Below are positions 58,954-64,000 of a stretch of DNA of 64,000 bases, piece after piece (position 1 is the stretch's first letter; each line of letters opens with the position of its first letter). The position numbers and the translations under genes were made by a program. The stretch is from contig MNCI01001410.1 of the NCBI GenBank assembly GCA_015680685.1, forward strand, positions 8,964-72,963. Reading direction: 5' to 3'. A model generated the notes under the pieces. That model worked only from the letters and a program-made list of their open reading frames with translations, was not told where the DNA came from and did no database searches. The stretch is from Gnetum montanum. Taxonomy: Eukaryota; Plantae; Gnetophyta.

Positions 58954-60149
58954 TATAATGAAGGAAAATTTTAGTGCTCAAAATTGAAAAATCCCACACA
59001 AAATAGTTTAACTCGCAAATCCATGGGCCTTGAAAAGGATTTCGAGTACCCTAAATGGTCTTGTTGATCATTTAGGGACTTCAAAAATCTATTACCAGTT
59101 ATTAGAAAAATGAGAATAAACTGTAATAAATATGTATCAAACAAAAGAATGTAGTGCAAGATTCAAGAATAGATAAAATGAGAGAATAGTATAGCCAAAT
59201 AGGTTTAAGAAAGAGTGTAGCTAAAGGCTTTAAAAGCCTAAGAAATTAATGTGACTGCTATGATCTAGTGTAGATTGTAGGATGTGTTCTACACAATTTT
59301 TGTCCTAGTTTTCCGATTTGATCTATAGAGTAATGAATTCCTACTCTAAGCCCTATGCTCAAAAATCAGTGCTACTAAAGCTACAAAAAGACTAAAAATA
59401 TATACTACAAATCTCTGCTATTTTCTACTAAGTGTCCTACCATATGATTTCTCCAAAGGTCTTGAAAGATGTGCTATATTTGGTATTTATAGGCTACCAA
59501 TCTATTGTGATAACATCTGTTATAGTTTTTAAGTGTTACAAATTGTTCTTGGGCCAAAGTACAACATGTGGGATTAAAGCCCAAGTGCCACATGCTACCT
59601 TAGATGCTACCATAGCATGTGGGACTAAGATGTATATCATGTAAAACTAAATCCAAAATTCCACATTCTACCTTACACACTACCATAGCATGTAAAGTTG
59701 AAATATGCAGCATATGAAATTAACCAAATCTTGCATGGTGTGTTACATATTGTCATAGCATGTGAAGTTAGATTATGCAATGGATGAGATGAAAAGGTCA
59801 ATTTTTATAGCTTGTGAAATATTTTCAGCCTCCATAAGCTAGCACACATAAGATTTGTAGCTTGTGGAGTATTTCCGAACCTCCACAAGCTAGAATACAA
59901 GGGATTCACATTATCTAGAGCATTTTTGGCCCCCACAAGCTAGAGTAAGTGGAATTTACAGCATGTGGACTACAAATCTCATTTTTTCATTGAAAAATTA
60001 CTTAAAATTTTTCCAATATAAGGCTACAAGATAGGATTTTTAGTAGGAAAAAAAGGCAATTGTTTCTATCTTTTAATCTCCATCAAATCACAACAAAAAT
60101 TTGGGCTATAAACTTTCATTTGTAACATGAATTTTCTTTGAGTGTTTCA
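58954..60149 (-). repeat. Element D: 3' LTR of an A-related family in reverse orientation
   Basis: The minus strand reads PPT aaagaggagccaa then TGAAACACTC at 60149. The left end aligns with A's LTR end (approximate). 60150-60479 matches A's 3' UTR. Confidence 0.8.
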
Positions 60150-60480
60150 TTGGCTCCTCTTTGTTGATATTTTGAGGATTGACCTAAGATATATCAACAA
60201 AGAATGTGTTAAATACCTTAGCAAATTTATCACTAACACTCCCTATTCATACTTGATTCTATAGTTGTTGAATCATGCTAAGAAATGATTATGAAGATGA
60301 TATAAGGTCATAATAGGATGTCACGAGTTTGGGATGAGATGATTTCTACATTGACTATTGGATAGTGGTCACATGGGCTAACAAAAAATTCCAAATATTG
60401 ACATCATGGCTATGGTATGCTAGTAACATGCTTATTGATTTGAAGAGGTCTTAATGCTTTGCACTGGGAACTATTGGTTN

Positions 60481-62063
60481 TGATCCTTTGTTTACATCTG
60501 AGTGTATCCATAATGGACATGATATTGGAAATCATTCATGTCTAAGCTTTGAGCAATGTTTTAGAATACATGCAAGGTGAAGATTCCGATTAAATTGAGC
60601 TAGCATACTAAAGAATATCATAATGGTCTATGGTTCAAAATTTCTCTAAGATCTGGCACCAATGAGGTATCAACATAGTGGTAAGACACTTGATTTGGAA
60701 GCTCCAGGTCATGGGTTTGATTCCAAAACATACCTATAGGTGTTTTAATGCAAATAATACTATTTTTCTCACTTGAAAAACTTTGAATTTGTTTTGCAAT
60801 CCACTTGCAAATGGTTAATTGATTAACATGTAAGTATATAATTTACCTTTTCTTAACTTATGATTATTCATTTTTTACATTGCTCCTAAGATTATGTGGT
60901 TTAATACTATGCATGCTTTACAATTATAATATTAACAAAGAACAAGCTTTCATAGTGAATGATACTTTGGTTCTCACATAGATGATGTTGAATGCGATTT
61001 CACAAGGTGACCAAATCAAAATTCAAATAGTAATTCAAATTATATTTGAAATAGAGAACTATAATAGATGATATTACCAAGTGTATCAATGATGCATTGA
61101 CAAAGGTTTTGTCCATGAATTTTAGAAATATCTAGATTTTGACATAGAAATATGATTCCTAGTAAAGGCATCATAGTTAAAAAAGAAATATAGCAACTAT
61201 TTTATAATTTGGTTATGTATTTTTTATTAACATACTTTCATCGCTAATCAGTTATGATTTTGTAGACTTTGTTATTAAAACTACTATAATAGTTATTACA
61301 TCAAGTAGTACTAAGGAGAAACTTTAGGTCAAGGGTCTTGGAGTTAACATGGCCTAGGAGTTATTAACCAATCTGTCTCCTATAGCAGTAAGGGAGAAAA
61401 TGGTTAAAACTAGGCTATTTAATTTATTCATGCTACGACATCCTTCTACTTCATTGTTAGAGATGATCAACTAGGTAGCTTCTTTCAATGATGTAGAAAT
61501 ATAACTTTTCATACAAGTCCATAGCTTGCTAATTATCCTAGATATAAGAGAAGACTTGTTCTAAAAATTATTTCATATGTCCCAAGATGGTGCCAACATG
61601 GCTCATCAAGGGAGAAAGGACTTAGTTAGAAGAAGCATCCTAGAGGCTTAACTGAATTCACCTTGAGGTGGGTAATTATTAGTAAAAAGTTTTTAAGACT
61701 GAGTCATCAATGAGTTGTACTCTCTATTCCATGCTAGGTTCTTTCTTATCATACTATCTTAGGATAAAATCATATTCTTTTAACAATTGTGGATCATGAG
61801 AAAGGTCATATCTAATGAAACATGCTTTAATTAAATTACTGCTTTGATCACATGGCTTCAAAGTAAAATTCAAAATGTTCACAAAAAAGTAATCTTAGTG
61901 AACCATGTACACATTGTGTTTTTTATCTACTAGTTAAAGAGGATTATAAAGTTCCTAATTATTAAGTATAAAAATTCATGGGTTGAAAGGGATACCACTT
62001 AGCTCTCTAAATCATAGGTTAAAAATTTTAGAAACAATTTAAGTTCATGATCCACCTTTAAAA
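60481..62063 (+). repeat. Near-identical duplicate of 54740-56322, bounded by Ns on both sides
   Basis: 1583 bp, about 5 substitutions seen. Confidence 0.95.
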
Positions 62064-62229
62064 NNNNNNNNNNNNNNNNNNNNNNNNNNNNNNNNNNNNN
62101 NNNNNNNNNNNNNNNNNNNNNNNNNNNNNNNNNNNNNNNNNNNNNNNNNNNNNNNNNNNNNNNNNNNNNNNNNNNNNNNNNNNNNNNNNNNNNNNNNNNN
62201 NNNNNNNNNNNNNNNNNNNNNNNNNNNNN

Positions 62230-64000
62230 CTCCTACCATTGATTCTTCTCCCTTAAGACCATAACTTCCTTTCATAGGGATTCTTTGGAGCTATCTAGCT
62301 CCCATGAAGTTTTTGCACAAGAAATTGCTAGATCAGTAGCAATCTCATACAACTTCAAGGGTACAGTAGATACATTAGAGGGAAGCTTAGGCAAGGAGTC
62401 AATCTCCATGTCTCTATTGGGGTTCCACTTCATAAAATACACTACAAAAGCATGTAACATAATCATAAACATAATGTGAAACCTAAAATAGCCATGACAT
62501 AAGCATAACCTATAGCATATAAAAGTAACTAAGGTACATAAAATGAAGTCCTTACCTATCTTAGGTGCAACCTATTGCAATCGGTAAATGATGTCCTTAG
62601 CCATCCCATGTATGAACTCCACCTTGTCTAGAGTCTCAACCCATGGTTTCACATAAAACTTAGGTACAGGTGCTTGCATTGATGGCTTAGAAACTACTAG
62701 AAGCATAACAATAATCAAATGGTTAGGATGAAAACCAAAATTAAACTATAAGATATAACAAAAATATTAAGACATGGGCATACTTGGCTCCTCCTCTTCC
62801 TCTTTCTCCTCTGGGATAACGATGGGGGATGTACCTGATATCACCTCATCGGACAAGCTATCTAGATCATTTATATCTACATCATCAAACCCTTCAACCT
62901 TAAGCTGCTTTAGGAGTGCCTCTTCTACACACCTTTGTTATGCTTTGGTAGATACTTAGGCTACCATAGCTTAACGTTTGTCTACAACCATAGCACATAG
63001 AAAATTAGTTAACACATGAAACCATAAAGTAGACATAAACTTCAAAAAATAGCCAAACTTAAACAAAGCATACCTGAGATTGCCTATTGCAAGGACCTAA
63101 GCTTATACTTTAGCTTCTTCAAGGTAGGTTGGTCAAATGCCAATGGTGATTCCTCCATGGGTCTCTTGAGCTTCTTCCTAGCTACTCCTTCAATCCCTAC
63201 ATAGTCCTTTGGCCTCCAAGATGCTCACTAGAAATGTGAAAGGCTCCTCATCATCTATGTTGTCAAGGAACTCACACTGCCTAACATTCAGATCCTTAGT
63301 GGTAATGGATAATGTATCATCCATTCCCTTTGGTGGGTTCTAAGCCTGCACCATTGGATAAATGTGCTTTATCCAAGTCTTAAAAGGTTGTCTTGGATCT
63401 TGGGGAATCCATCTTCTATTCCTATACACCACCAAAAACTCTATAAACCTCTTCAAATAATCTACAAAAAATGCAAAGTGCATGTGAATTATTGTAGAGG
63501 TATTAACACAGAGTCAAAGGATCTCCTTCTAAAGCCCAATAGCCAATGTAGCCACCCAGTTGAACTTGGTGTCATCCATCAAGACCTTCTTAAAGGTCCA
63601 CCCTTGCGTTATGCCAATCACCTTATTTTGTGACAATAGTTTAGGAAATGCACAAAACCTACATAAAGGATATGACTCCTTTGCATCAAGGTTCATGGAT
63701 ACATCCATGGAAATTTTGGAGTGGCCCATGTTGGCATCAAGCCTTTCCAAAATTTCATCATGATGGTCCAATTCCTTCACTATTCTTGTTGGAACCTTTG
63801 CCCCTTCACAATAGAAATGTCAAACAAATTGCAAAAGAGGCCCTCATCAATGTCCATGTTAACCTTCACACCCTAAATATGATATGCAACATCTTCAAAG
63901 TAGGGATGGAAGGGATAGGTGTCATAAATACATCAAGTAAATCTACACATTGGATGTTTTCTTGAATGTACCCAAGCACCTATCCCCTTAGCCACTCTTT
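62230..64000 (-). pseudogene. Element E: fragment of another copy of the accessory gene
   Basis: ESYPLCRFCAFPKLLSQNKVIG..DTKFNWVATLAIGL (63529-63780) matches C ELYPLFRAWVFPKSLSQVQSLG..MHYNWAQFLLSGL. WNPNRDMEIDSLP..AISCAKTSW (62272-62472) matches A 20616-20906. Minus-strand donors (cttacc, atacct on +) are present. Confidence 0.75.

Noticed and set aside
60481-62063. A fifth independent copy of the accessory gene or a recent segmental duplication
   Set aside because: It is nearly identical to 54740-56322, bounded by Ns on both sides, and the few differences are transversions rather than C>T decay. Most likely a gap-filling or haplotype artefact.

Overview
Repeat-only window from a land-plant genome; no intact host gene is visible. 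It resolves by eye into a nested stack of Ty3/gypsy LTR retrotransposons. The oldest layer is a decayed minus-strand Tat-type element F (pol remnant ~1150-5000, continuing at 52108-~57400). Tat-type element A (6529-52102, TSD AGCCT) inserted into F. A contains an Athila-like gag+protease-only element B (11854-18932), a younger Tat-type element C (21993-40022) and a solo LTR (47159-47841). Further right are an L1-type LINE 5' fragment (52890-54569), a minus-strand A-family 3' LTR (D), near-identical duplicated blocks beside N gaps, and another Tat fragment (E, 62230-64000). The most notable feature: in this Tat lineage gag-protease is separated from RT-RNaseH-aRH-integrase by a multi-kb spacer. 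The spacer holds an antisense, multi-exon accessory gene whose frame-preserving GT-AG splicing joins an FCP1/NIF(HAD)-like domain lacking its catalytic aspartates to a plant-mobile-domain/transposase_32-like region and a charged helical tail. Homologous pieces occur in four diverged elements (C, A, F, E). Families A and C each carry their own short palindromic motif arrayed in the LTR, the 5' UTR and upstream of this gene. All domain calls are by-eye motif recognition, not database searches.
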